Of a DNA stretch of 64,000 nt, positions 43,483 through 55,641 are shown piece by piece (position 1 is the first letter of the stretch; every line of letters begins with the position of its first letter). The DNA lies in contig NW_003314261.1 of NCBI RefSeq assembly GCF_000143415.4, positions 3,154,880-3,218,879 of the forward strand, read 5' to 3'. Source of the stretch: Selaginella moellendorffii (lineage: Eukaryota > Plantae > Lycopodiophyta). Below the pieces are notes generated by a model. It searched no databases, was not told the origin of the DNA, and saw only the letters and a list, made by a program, of their open reading frames with translations. The position numbers were made by a program, and so were the translations under genes.

Positions 43483-45269
43483 GGCGTGCCCAGAGAGAGA
43501 GAGGGGGAGAGAGAGAGAGAATTCCTCCTATATAAAACAAGCGTTTTGAATGTACATTATCGTAGCTGCCAAGTTTTGTCTGGACTCATTTATAAAAAGT
43601 GGCTCGGGCGCCGAAGCTCTCTTTGAACTTATCATGTTTGTATCGGACTATAGGCTGCGAACAAAGTTACAAGTGGTGTAGATCTTGAAGTGAGTTTTGA
43701 GTCGTTGATCCTATGCCTTCATGACCATCCTATGTCGTATAAGGGCCAGCCAAGCTGGGGCCCAACCACTCCATCGAGATCGTGAAGAACGATCCTGTAT
43801 ACGATGCTGAAGCATTCCAATATCTTCCGAATTCCAATCTAAGGTGTGACAAAAGAATGGACCCAGCAAATGCTGGAGAACGTACCCTTTAATTTGGAAG
43901 TCATGTTTGTTATTTAAGATATATTTGATAACTAAGCAAGAACTCAACCACAACAAAGCTTCTGGGAGTTCTACTACCCATGTTCAGTACGTATAAGAGC
44001 ATGGGTATGATTCTAGGGATATTCTTATATATATTGTGTTATTGAGATTGGACACACCAGTCAGAAATCGATTTTCATTGGATCTTGAGTGTGTGGCAAG
44101 GTTGCAAGATTCCCTCACAATAGATGGTGACCACAGTGGGATGCCTCTAGCTGAGACATCATCCCAGATGTAGATCTATACACTCTTGACAAAGGAAAAT
44201 AGATGGTGGCTGCAACCCTTCAATAAACATCAGCGTTGATATTTTTGCCACTCTCACAGAAGATGGGGATCACTTTGAGAGCACCACACATTCCTGAAGG
44301 CTTTTTATGATATTGGTCGATTGAGGAACAGTATTAAATCACTAATATTATTAAAAATCTTATTAGAAGTTCTTAAATTTTAAGATATCCATCATCTCAA
44401 AATTGTTGATAAAATTTTTCACCTAAAAAGGAAGGCTCCAGAATATAATCCTTTATTAAGGTATATACTCTATAAAGTCTAAAGACTAAGGTTCCAAATA
44501 TATAATAGGGATAATGGCATGACACATTGTTTAACTCCTCATTAAATGTGTTTGTCCTTATTTTGCTATCATATTAAAGCTTCTAGCCATCATCACTGGA
44601 TAATTACTTTAATATAAAGAGGTATCACATTAAGGCATACATCACTGGCTCACTTCAATATCCAAAAGTATCACATTAAAGCTTATAACCACAAACCAAC
44701 AAAGTTTCCATCTCTTAGATAGGAAAAAAAATTGGTTATATTCCTGTTTATTTGGGAGATGAAAATGTTCTTATTTGGAAAAAGAAAATTTTAAACCTCA
44801 TTGGTTTATACTTTTCTTAAACATTCTGATTCCCTCTTAGGTCCATAGTGTCTATTCAGTTGGGCAAATTCACCCAAATGGAGTAGTGTTTATATATATG
44901 GCAAATCTTAAAAGTATCACAAGACTCTCTTGTTAGTATAGAATTTAGTGTCTTATTATATAGTGAGAATAACATAGCTTCAAGTACTGGTCCAGATGGC
45001 ACAAGGAGAATGGTGTGCATTGGAAATGATGAGAGAAGCATGAAGATTCGTTAATCATAGGAAGAAAGCATTTCTTCGCACATATCACATAGCCATCGAC
45101 TTTTCCTCCCAATTCCCCTCGTGCAATCGGGTTTTGGTTTGTCCAAAACTGAAGAGATTTCCTCCCAGACTATATCATATTTGTTTCGCATCCAATCTTT
45201 TTCATTCTTGGAGAGACTTTCCTTCACCGTAGTTTCTAAAGCGAAAGAGATTATATGGAGTTTAAGTTC

Positions 45270-45406
45270 TGATAAGGATGAACAGGGTCTTGTTCATCAC
45301 AAGAGGCTACAAAGGAAAACACACCCTACTCTCTGGTGTCCCCTAACTGCCTACCGCGCCTCTAGAGAGCTCTGGAGAATATGCTATGCCAAGCATATTC
45401 GTGTCA
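45270..45406 (-). repeat. 3' LTR of outer Copia
   Basis: Matches 53741-53857 apart from a 19-bp indel, a 1-bp indel and about 4 substitutions. Confidence 0.92.
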
Positions 45407-47187
45407 CTCCCACTCGAGCACTAAGGTGCTCGCTCAAGGAGCTCTCTCACGCCAAGTGCTTGTACGTGTCGCTGGAACAAAGGAGGTAACGCCTTGGTAA
45501 AAATATCTGCAACCTGCTCTGTTGTTCCACACTGGATGAGCTCCAAAAACACGCTGGCTCACTTGATCTCGAATATAATGGAACTGCACCTGGAAATGTT
45601 TGGTACGCCCAATAGCACCCTGGTTATCGCAAAAGATAACTGTTGGCGCTAGCTGAGAATAGCCGATGCCATCCAAAAGCTGTCATAGCCAGCAACATTC
45701 CTTAGCTGCTTGAGTAGCTGCAACATACTCTGCTTCGGTCGACGATAACGCTATAATTGACTGTCACTTACTGCACCATGTGAGAGCGCCGCTGCCGAGA
45801 CTAAAAATATAACCTGAGGTGGATCTGCGCTGCTCAACCTCGCCTGCAAAGTCAGCGTCCGTGAAGCCAAACAGTCGCATACCTGCTGGGACTTTGGAGT
45901 ACGTGAGTGCAAAATGTCTGGTCCCCTTCAAGTAGTGAAAGATACGTTTGACTGCTAACCAATGAAGAAATCCTGGAGTCTCGAGAAATTGGGACACTGC
46001 TCCCACTGAAAAAGCCAAATCTGGCTGTGTGCAAACCATTAGGTAGACTAAGCTGCCAACCATCTGTCGGTACGGTATCTGCTTCATCTTCTCGCATTCC
46101 TCGACTGTTTGTGGGACTTGATCTTTGCTGAGATGGAGGCCGGCTTCCATAGGAGTTGACGCTTCATTCAGCCCAGCAAAATGAAACCTCTCCAAGATAT
46201 CGTCAACATACTTCTGCTGTGATAATTGTATGATGCCAGCCTGCCTGTTGCGTATAATCTCGATCCCCAAACAATATTTCACTGGTCCAAGATCCACCAT
46301 CTTAAGTCGTGCCTGTAGCTCACGCTTGAGCTGCTGCGAGTTGGACCGACTAGTAGACAATCGTCTACATAGAGTGCAAGATAAATATATGTTGTACCTA
46401 ACTTGCGAAGATAAAAGTTAGAATCTGCTGAAATACTCACAAAACCGATGGAGAGTAGATAGCTGTTCATCATCGCATGCCACTGCCGTGGAGACTACTT
46501 TAATCCATATAAAGCCTTCTTAAACTTGCACGCCTTTGATGACATATCCTTCTGGCTGAAGGACATAAACTTCCTCGTCAAGATCGCCATAGAGAAACGC
46601 CGTGGTGTGCTCCACGTCTAAATTCTGCTGGGCTGCAAGATTGAGTAACAAGCGGATAGAGGCCATCTCCATGAGAGACGAATACTCAGAATTTGCTGCT
46701 GCTTGCCACTGCTCACACTCAGGACTGGAGAGTGCCTCACGCAAATTCTTGGGAACCAAGATATCTTGGCCTTGACAGAATAATTCCAGAAACGCCTGGA
46801 GGAGCTGCTGCATAGTAGAACGTGTTGGAACCACTTGGAGCTGTCTGGGCACGCTCTCTAGCTTGAGCTTGCTGCCGAGAAGCTCGGCGGGCAGCCTGAA
46901 AGTCAAGCCGTTCTTGAAATTGTGCCCCTGCTTCTGTGAGTGTGCGGATCCGAGTAGATCGTCTTAGCACTGGCTGTGGTGAAGGCTGAGTACTCCACTT
47001 AAGCCCATCTCTCCGCCAACTGGAGGAGACGTTGGCCTGAAGTGTCGTGCCAAAAATACCGCCTGCTGGTGGGTTGAGAGAATTTATCGGAGTGCTCCCA
47101 CTCGCTTCAGCATCACTTGCCGCTGCGTCTATAGGGACGGGCTGATTGGATCCTGCTGCTGGAGCTGCACTTGCGCTAGGGTTCTCT

Positions 47188-50100
47188 TGTTGAGAGTGGC
47201 CCTGTGCCACGTGGCTAGTCCACGTGGAGAGACACGAGTCTTCACCGGTTCACCATTGCTATGACGGATCTTGAGCACCTTCACACGGTTTCACCTTTCG
47301 TTAGATGGTATCGGAGCAATGCCTGGGAGAGCGAGAAGAATTCGAAACCGTAGGATCAGGGCGACACTTGCTAGGGTGAATCGGAGCCTCCGTCTACGTA
47401 AACAGAGGCGTGCCCTAATCCAAACGCTCCAGGCCTTGCAAGAGGCACTGAACGACTAAGAACCTGGACCTAGACTTGAACGAGTGGTGGGATTGGGTGT
47501 CGGCACCCATGGCAGCCACTGTTCCTACAAATCCGCAATCCACCACCTATTTCCCCTCCCATCAGAAATCCGACTGTGCCTACAGCGGATATCGTTTCAG
47601 TGGACGCAAATCCACCAAAATTTGATGGGAGGAACTGGCGCTTCTGGAAGACAAAATTCGAATCCTATATGGATGAACGAGGCCTCTGGGACATCACCAA
47701 AGGAACTGAGACACTTCCAGATACAGCTACAGTGGATGAAACTGCGAAGTATCGCAAGAAGGACCGGAGAGCTTTGGGCAAATTCCATGCAGCGCTGGAG
47801 GGGCGAGAATTCCATTGCATTGGACGGTGCAAGAGTGCGTGGGAGGCCATGAAGCAGACTTACCAGATCCCTTCAACATCCCATCGCATATTTTTACGGA
47901 AGCAGCTTCATGCATTGGTGATAGCTGAAGGGGATGACCTCAAGGATCATCTTGCTGGTGTGAGAACCATCTTAGATGATCTTAAGGATGTGGGAGCAAA
48001 CATAGAGGATGAAGAAGAAGCAGAGCTGGTGCTCGTCACACTTCCTCCATCCTTTGATCCTCTCATACGTAGCCTCACTACCACTGGAACTCCTCTAACC
48101 CTGAATGGCGTGATCAGTAGCCTCCAGGACGATGATCTGAGACGAAGAGCAACAACAGGATCAGAGGCCGTTGCATTCTACTCTTCTCTCAGGAAAGAAA
48201 CAGTGAACAAAGGGAAACAAGGAGCCTCGTCATCCAAGAAGCCCAAGTGTTCTCATTGCAACAAGAAAGGCCATGACGAAGCTCAATTCTGGGTGAAAAA
48301 TCCATCTCTCAAGCCTGTAAGGAACAATGCAAAGAAAAAGGTGGTACACGCCTTCATCTTGTCACGAGCTATGGCTGTGGCAGCACTGTCTGCAGAGTGC
48401 ATCTACCTGGATTCTGCTGCTACAGACCATATGTTCAACAGTGATAAGTACTTTGAAGCCTATGTTCCTACAGCCACAGAGAAGAATGTCATCGTTGGCA
48501 ATGCCCAGCAGCTTGCTGTGAAAGGAGTTGGAACCATCAAGTTCACTTTACCACAAGGAATAGTCGTAAAGATCCACGAGGTTCTTTATATTCCTGGTTT
48601 ATGTGCTAATTTGTTCTCTGTGGGACAATTTGCTGAGGATGGGTATCAGTTCGCCATTACACCTCGCCAATTCCAGCTGATCTCGACCACAGGAGCCATC
48701 CTCACAGCGTCCCGGCCTGGACGGCGTGACCTCTACCGCCTTACCATGCTGCCAGATCTTGCTGGACGGAGTCCTGGCCTACACGCACAAAAGACAACGA
48801 CCAGTCACTCACTGGAGCTTTGGCACGCACGCCTGGGGCATCCTAGTGCTGATAGAATCAAGCAGCTCGCACGTGAGCAGATGGTTGAAGGTCTAGACCT
48901 GGACCCAAGAGCCGTTCTTCCATTTAGCCAGGGCTGTCAGCTAGGAAAATCCACTCGCCAACCTTTCCCCAAGACTGGAGCATCTCGAGCTACAGAGCTC
49001 ATGGAACTTGTACACACTGATGTGTGTGGCCCGATGGCCACCACAGCAGTGGGAGGTATCCAATACTTTATCAGTTTCATTGATGACTACAGTCGTCGCA
49101 CAATGATCTACCCTATGGCTCGCAAATCCCAATCGTTACACTACTTCCAGACTTTCAAGGATATGGGAGAAACACAAACTGGGAAAATGCTCAAGCGATT
49201 GAGAAGTGATGGTGGAGGCGAATTCACTTCCAATGCTTTCAACCAGCTGTGTGAGCAAGGAGGGATTGTGCGAGAACTTACAACGCGAGAGACTCCACAA
49301 CAGAATGGCGTAGCTGAGCGCAAGAATCGCACACTAGTGGAGAGTGCTCGGGCAATTCTACTTTCCAGTGGTTTGCCTCGCAGCTTCTGGTTTCACGCTG
49401 TCTTGACGGCGAACTATCTCCAGAACCGGCTCCCCACCTCTGCCCTTGCTGACATCACTCCTGAAGAAGCATGGAGTGGCAAGAAACCTACAGTTACGCA
49501 TCTGAGAATATTCGGGTGTGACGTGGGCACACATCCCTGATGGAATGCGCAAGAAATTGGATCCCAAGAGCCAGAAGGCTGTGTTTGTGGGCTACAGCCT
49601 CGATCACAAAGCCTATCGTCTCTGGAATCCAATCACGAAGCAGGAGATCCTGAGCAGAGATGTGGTTTTCAACGAGAATTCGTTTCTTCCTTCTAGTCAA
49701 GGTTCTACTTCCAGACCTACCTTGACCGAAGAAAATGACGTTGAAGCGGAACAAGATCAGTTGACTGTCGGCACTATCACTGTGCCGCTTCAAACAGTCC
49801 CTACACAACAACCCATGCCCGCTTCTACTCCAACACCACCAACCCCGCCGCCTCCTCCAGATCCTCTACGCAGATCGATCCGCACAAGGCGGCCTACTGA
49901 GGGTCTCATCGAGACAATGGTCTCCTCTCGTGCAGCTGGGACTCCTACTGTTCCGAGGACCTATGGAGAAGCCATGGCCTCACAGGAAGCGTCTTACTGG
50001 CGTGTAGCAATGGAAGCCGAGATTGCTTCACAGCAAAAGAACGAGACACATGTTCTTGTTCCAACTGTGGCTTCCAATCGCCAGATTATCAAGAGCATGT

Positions 50101-51685
50101 GGGTGTATGCTCTGAAGCTTAATCCTGATGGCTCGGTTCGCTACAAGGCGCGATTGGTGGCGAAAGGATGCTCGGAAGTTCCTGGACTTGACTACAACGA
50201 CACCTTTGCTCCAGTGGTTAAGCATTCTACTCTTCGTTCCTTGATTAATTTTGTTGCGGTGGGAGACTTTGATCTGGAACAGATGGATGTGACCACGGCG
50301 TTTCTTTATGGCGCGCTTGAAGAAGAAATCTATATGGCACAGCCAGAAGGATTTCTAGCCGCTGGAAAAGAGGATCATCTCTGGCTTCTCAAGAAAGCTG
50401 TCTACGGCTTGGAACAAGCACCCAGATCTTGGTACAAACGCTTTGACGATTTTATACTAAGTGTGGGCATTTCCCGTAGCGAGGCAGTAGCACAATCCAA
50501 GGTAAGTAGAGCCTCGAAGGTACATGAAGATGCGTTTGTACGCGCCCAGATATTTCTTTTGCCAGGTCCATAATCATCGCTTAATGTTTCTCCAGGTTAA
50601 GCGAGATCTTTGCAGCNNNNNNNNNNNNNNNNNNNNNNNNNNNNNNNNNNNNNNNNNNNNNNNNNNNNNNNNNNNNNNNNNNNNNNNNNNNNNNNNNNNN
50701 NNNNNNNNNNNNNNNNNNNNNNNNNNNNNNNNNNNNNNNNNNNNNNNNNNNNNNNNNNNNNNNNNNNNNNNNNNNNNNNNNNNNNNNNNNNNNNNNNNNN
50801 NNNNNNNNNNNNNNNNNNNNNNNNNNNNNNNNNNNNNNNNNNNNNNNNNNNNNNNNNNNNNNNNNNNNNNNNNNNNNNNNNNNNNNNNNNNNNNNNNNNN
50901 NNNNGATATTTCTTTTGCCGTGAGCAAAGTTAGCCAATTCCTAGCTAATCCTGGATCTCAACATTGGGCAGCGGTGAAACGCATCTTCAGGTACCTTCGA
51001 GGTACTACTTACCTTGGATTGTGCTACCAGGGAAAAGCGCTTACCCTCACGGGCTACTGTGATGCTGATTTTGGGGGAGACTGTGACACACGCAAGTCCA
51101 CCTCTGGCTATTCGTTTTCCCTGGGCAGTGCGACAGTCTCGTGGTGCAGCAGGAAGCAAAGTACAGTGGCAACCTCTAGTACTGAAGCAGAATATTTGGC
51201 AGCCTCACAAGCTACCAAAGAAGGTGTGTGGTTACGCTCACTACTTTCTAACCTTGGTGTGAGTGTGAAGACTCCCACTCGCCTCTTCTGTGACAATCAA
51301 AGCTGCATTGCGTTAGCGGCCAATCCTCGCTTTCATTCACGCACCAAACACTTTGGGATTCACCATCATTTTGTTTGTGAGAAAGTGGAAGATGGCACAA
51401 TTGAGCTGATCTACTGCGACACGACCACTCAGGTTGCAGATATCTTCACAAAAGCACTACCCCGAGATCGATTTCAAGTCCATCGCGAAGGGCTGGGACT
51501 TTCTCCACTGGTGAGCATCACTCGTGATGGCCACAGTGCCAGTGGGAGTGTTAAGAGTGGCCCTGTGCCACGTGGAGAGACACGAGTCTTCACCGGTTCA
51601 CCATGTCACACATATGTACATTTTCCATTCCATATATGCTATGACGGATCTTGAGCACCATCACACGGTTTCACCTTTCGTTAGC
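47188..51685 (+). mobile_element. Ty1/Copia LTR retrotransposon nested in opposite orientation inside the outer element
   Basis: LTRs ~47188-47305 and ~51549-51685, PBS TGGTATCGGAGC at 47306, PPT AGTGGGAG at 51541, flanking CTCT(T) duplication. gag (zinc-knuckle-like CSHCNKKGH), protease (LDSAAT), integrase (HTDVCGP, RSDGGGEF), RT, RNaseH (ADIFTKAL). Frameshift near 49520. Confidence 0.95.
50617..50904. other. Assembly gap (288 N)
   Basis: Run of N inside the inner element's RT region. Confidence 0.99.
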
Positions 51686-53740
51686 CTCTTCCTCGTCACT
51701 ATCAAGAACCATAAACCGCTGACGGTTGACTGGAGGATCAAGAGCGCACCGGAGATTTCTGGTTGCATACGTCCGTGTTTCATCGAAGATCACATCACGA
51801 CTGTGGAAGATCTTGGACGAGGACAAACTGAAGAGCTTGTAGGCCTTCATGTGATCACTATAGCCGACTAGAACTGCCTTCACGCTGCAATCTTCAAGCT
51901 TGGTGCGATGCTTCCTTGGCACAAATGCATACGCTATGCATCCAAAAATTCGATGACTGAGATCCGGCTTTCTGCCATACCAACGCTCAAAATGGTGTCT
52001 CGTCGCTCACTGCTGATGTGATCTGACGGTTTCGCAGATAAGCTGCGACAGCAACGGCTTCACACCAAAGGACTTGGGCAAACCAGCATCTCGTAATAAG
52101 GAGCGAGCTGCTTCCTGGAGCGTTCGGTTGGCTCGCTCAGCTGTGCCATTTCGTTGCTGTGTATCTGGAACTGAATACTGCCTCTCAATCCCAGCTTCGT
52201 CACAATATTTGATAAAATCTTTTATTCTCCACCACCATCACTTCGAAATTTCCTGAGTTTCTTGTCGGTCTGCAACTCTGCTCGAGTTCTAAAAAGCTGG
52301 AACTCATTGATCACCTCAGATTTGCGAGCTAGAAACTTCACTGCGATCATCCTAGATTTTAGAGCTAGTCCACTCTGACGTATGTACGATGCCAGTACTT
52401 TCTCGAGAGAAGAAGCTCTATTTTGTGACCTTTGTTGACGATTATTCCGCCTTGAAAGGAAATCTGTGCTGCTTCGCGAGAACGCACGGCTCACAAAAGC
52501 TCAGCTTCTGAGAAGTGATGTGAAGACCGCCATCCATAAGTTGTTTAATATCCTGGTAATTCGTGTGACCAAGCCGGCGATGCCATGTCTGGAGGTCAAC
52601 CGCATGCTGAGGACCTGCCAAAAGAAGCTGCTCGCTAGGCTTGACTGGATACTCCACCTCTGCATTCAGCCGGTAAAGGCCAGCATAACGCCTCCCACTG
52701 GCTATAACTGACTCGCCTCGCATTATAGCGCACTGCGTCTTGGAAAAGAGAAGTTCCCAATCACCATCTGTGATTTTTCCAACGGAGAAGAGCGTCTTCT
52801 TGACACCAGGAACGTAGTAGACTCCACTGACCACTACAACCTGTCCTGTAGCAAGTCGAACCTTGATTGTTCCCACTCCACACACGCTGTGTGAGTAGTC
52901 ATTGCCGAGGTAAATTCGCTTCCCGTCTGGAACGTCGAGAAAAGGCTTTGGAGATGAGTCATATGTTGATTGGCTCCACTGTCAACCAGATCACCTCTGT
53001 TCTTGGAGTGTTGGGTGCAAGGGAATTTGACTCTGCTACAGCTTGAGCCATGAACAAGCTACCATCAGTGACAGCGTCTTGCTCTGCTCGTGCGTAATTG
53101 GCGACTTGCTTCCCCTTCCTAAATCCTGCGCAGTTTCCAGTGGCTGAGCTTAAACTCGTTCCGGTGAGGCTCCATAACAAGTACGGCTGTTTTGCCTTTG
53201 GAGGGTTGCGCATGTACGCTACCATTCAAACATAGCCAAATCGCGAGGGATTTCATCGAGAAACTGAGATCCTCCTAGCAGGGTTTCCAGTGCCAACATC
53301 TCGTTAACTACCTCATCAAAGGTTTTGGTGGGAGATTGAAGAGTGTCGATCTGCTTCGCTGTATCCTTCAAACGACTTGCATAATCTTGAATGGACTCAT
53401 CCTTCGCTGCCGAACTTGGTTTTCATCTATTAGATTGGTCTTGTTGGTTCGGCCAAGAACTGTCTTTAGTGCTTCCCAGTTCTCGTTGGCTGTCAGGGAT
53501 GTGTCAAGGTGCGCGTCCAAGGATTCCAAGAGCTCGAGTGTTTTGTCTGTTCCACTCTTTCTCGGCTGCAACCTCTGTCGCTGCTGGACATGCCTCTGTC
53601 CCAGAGACTATATCCCAAAGGTTCTTCTCCATGAAGAAAAACTGCACCTGAGTTCGCCATCCATGGAAATCTCTGCCATCAAAAACTTCCAAAACGTCTT
53701 TGTCTGAATCCATCCAAGAAAAACTAGTGCTCCGATACCA

Positions 53741-53857
53741 TGATAAGGATGAACAGGGTCTTGTTCATCACAAGAGGCTACAAAGGAAAACACACCCTAC
53801 TCTCACAGCGCCTTTAGAGAACTCTGGAGAATATGCTATGCCAGCATATTCGTATCA
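53741..53857 (-). repeat. 5' LTR of outer Copia
   Basis: Adjacent to the PBS (CTCCGATACCA on +) and followed by the TSD AGTTC. Confidence 0.92.
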
Positions 53858-53934
53858 AGTTCATCCTCTGAAAGGCCGAAGCCCATCTACGTGAAAATCG
53901 GGTTTTTTGCACTCTTCTTTCTTTCCTATTAGGC

Positions 53935-54640
53935 AGAAACAAGTAATGTTGTTCTTGCCACATAGACTAGTTGATAGTTCCATTTTATGGGGTTGGCTAT
54001 GGAACCCCTCTCCCTGAAAAGATGATGGACTTGAAGATGGTTTGAAGAAGTTAGAACTCGTTGCTATACCTTAGTACAGGTTCTACTTAAAAGGATTTCT
54101 TCTATGCTACTTCAGGATGAAGGGGAGCCCGACTTTGCCCGAGAATTCCAAAGCGAACTTTTGATGTATGTGCGCCTTCTCGCTTAACTTTTTTCTAAGA
54201 TGCATAGGAGCACGGTCATTCAGAAGCCTCACTGGGACCTGGGTAAGAAAGTTCAGGATGCCAGGATGCAAGGAAAACTTCTCTAGAGGGGGATGCTCTT
54301 GTTGATGACGAGCCATCAAGCTTTCTCGGGTTTCTCATCTTTGTTTAGATGCCGGAGGTACTTTTGTTTATATTGCATTGAGCCTTTAAGCAGGGAAAGC
54401 TTTGCCTGCGAGCAGGAGCACCGAGACCGCTGCTTGCTGGCTCTCGCTGTTTTCTAGCCGTCTGATGCAAGTAAGCTAAGTGAAACCTCTAGTCATTCTC
54501 AAAAACTCAAGCTAACTTAAAGGGTTTCAGATAATGAAAATCCGCCGTCGACTTACAGAGCAACTTGAGCGGCGGCGAGATTGTCCTGGGCCGCAAACTT
54601 TCCATGCGCCAGGATTATTAAGGCAAGCTTTTTCCATTGT
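53935..54640 (+). pseudogene. Decayed partial duplicate of the PH-LRR gene (PH exons plus last exon; most LRR exons deleted)
   Basis: 53935-54480 aligns with ~40745-41385 with indels, then jumps to sequence matching ~42300-42480. Confidence 0.85.
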
Positions 54641-55641
54641 CATCTGGGAGGAACACGCCAGAGCTCGCGTTGGTTGTCTGTCTCCCACACCACAATGTAG
54701 CCGTCGTCCTCCACCGAGAGCCCGGCCGTTCTAACACAATTCGGCTGTGGCTTGCAGTAGACGTTGAATGCGAAGGCAAACTGCGGCTTTCTTCCCCAAT
54801 TATCCACAATAACCATATTGGAATCGACTTGGAGGCTGATGGAACACGATGCACGCCGGTTCTTCATGACCCTCCCGCTGTTCCACACCTCCCTCTTGCC
54901 ATCAAGGCCATCACGCCACTCGTAGAGGACGAAGTAACAGTCGCTCCTGATCAAGGCCTTGAACTTCTGGTTTTTCGACTCCAAGATGTACGGACCCATG
55001 AAGAAGGAGCCGACGGATCCATGCCCGCTGATCATGCTCGTCGCAAAAGGCCAGCAGTCCTCCACGGCGAGGTCCGGATCGCCAGGCACGGCGTCCCGGC
55101 GGAGCAAAGAGAAAGCTGACTCGTTCCAAAGATCATGGCCATCCAAGCTCGAGTTGTCCGTGGTTTCAACGCTCCAAAGCTCCTCTTTGTCCGGCTGTCC
55201 CTCCCAAGAGATGTAATCAATGGCAAAGAGCTTGGAGAAGACGATCATGGATCCATACCCGTGAGCTTGGGACTCGGTGTAGATGGTGCTGAAAATCTCC
55301 CAGTATGCTTGCTGCAAGGTTTGGGTGGACAAGATCATGGACTTATCGGGCGAGATGGAACACAAGGTGTAAATCCTGGAGGGGGCGATGCTGAAGAACC
55401 AGAGGCGTATCGAGGCTTTGATCCTGTCCGTGACCATGAACGTATAGCTGAAGCTCCTGCCTGAGCTGTATGAGGAGTAGTAGGAGAGCTGTTTGATGCG
55501 ATTGGAGATGGCATTTGTAATCCTCCTGGCTTCGAACTGGGAGAAGCGTCCCACATGCCTGCTCTCCCGGGTCGTCACGCTAAAACCAGGCCAAGGTTGC
55601 AGGAAGAACAGTAAGATGACAAGGGAGGCCACCTTGATCAT
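54640..55641 (-). CDS. Secreted bulb-lectin-like protein, copy 2
   Basis: Same 1002-bp length as copy 1, intact frame, highly similar protein. Confidence 0.78.
   Translation of the reverse strand: MIKVASLVILLFFLQPWPGFSVTTRESRHVGRFSQFEARRITNAISNRIKQLSYYSSYSSGRSFSYTFMVTDRIKASIRLWFFSIAPSRIYTLCSISPDKSMILSTQTLQQAYWEIFSTIYTESQAHGYGSMIVFSKLFAIDYISWEGQPDKEELWSVETTDNSSLDGHDLWNESAFSLLRRDAVPGDPDLAVEDCWPFATSMISGHGSVGSFFMGPYILESKNQKFKALIRSDCYFVLYEWRDGLDGKREVWNSGRVMKNRRASCSISLQVDSNMVIVDNWGRKPQFAFAFNVYCKPQPNCVRTAGLSVEDDGYIVVWETDNQRELWRVPPR

Larger units (their letters stand above)
45270..53857 (-). mobile_element. Degenerate Ty1/Copia LTR retrotransposon (outer element)
   Basis: LTRs 45270-45406 and 53741-53857 (TG...CA), 5-bp TSD AGTTC at 45265-45269 and 53858-53862, Met PBS TGGTATCGGAGC next to the 5' LTR, PPT AGTGGGAG next to the 3' LTR. 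Broken gag, protease, integrase (RSDGGGE), RT (LYVDD) and RNaseH frames. Confidence 0.95.

Noticed and set aside
50524-50937. ORFs spanning the N run
   Set aside because: Artefacts of the assembly gap.
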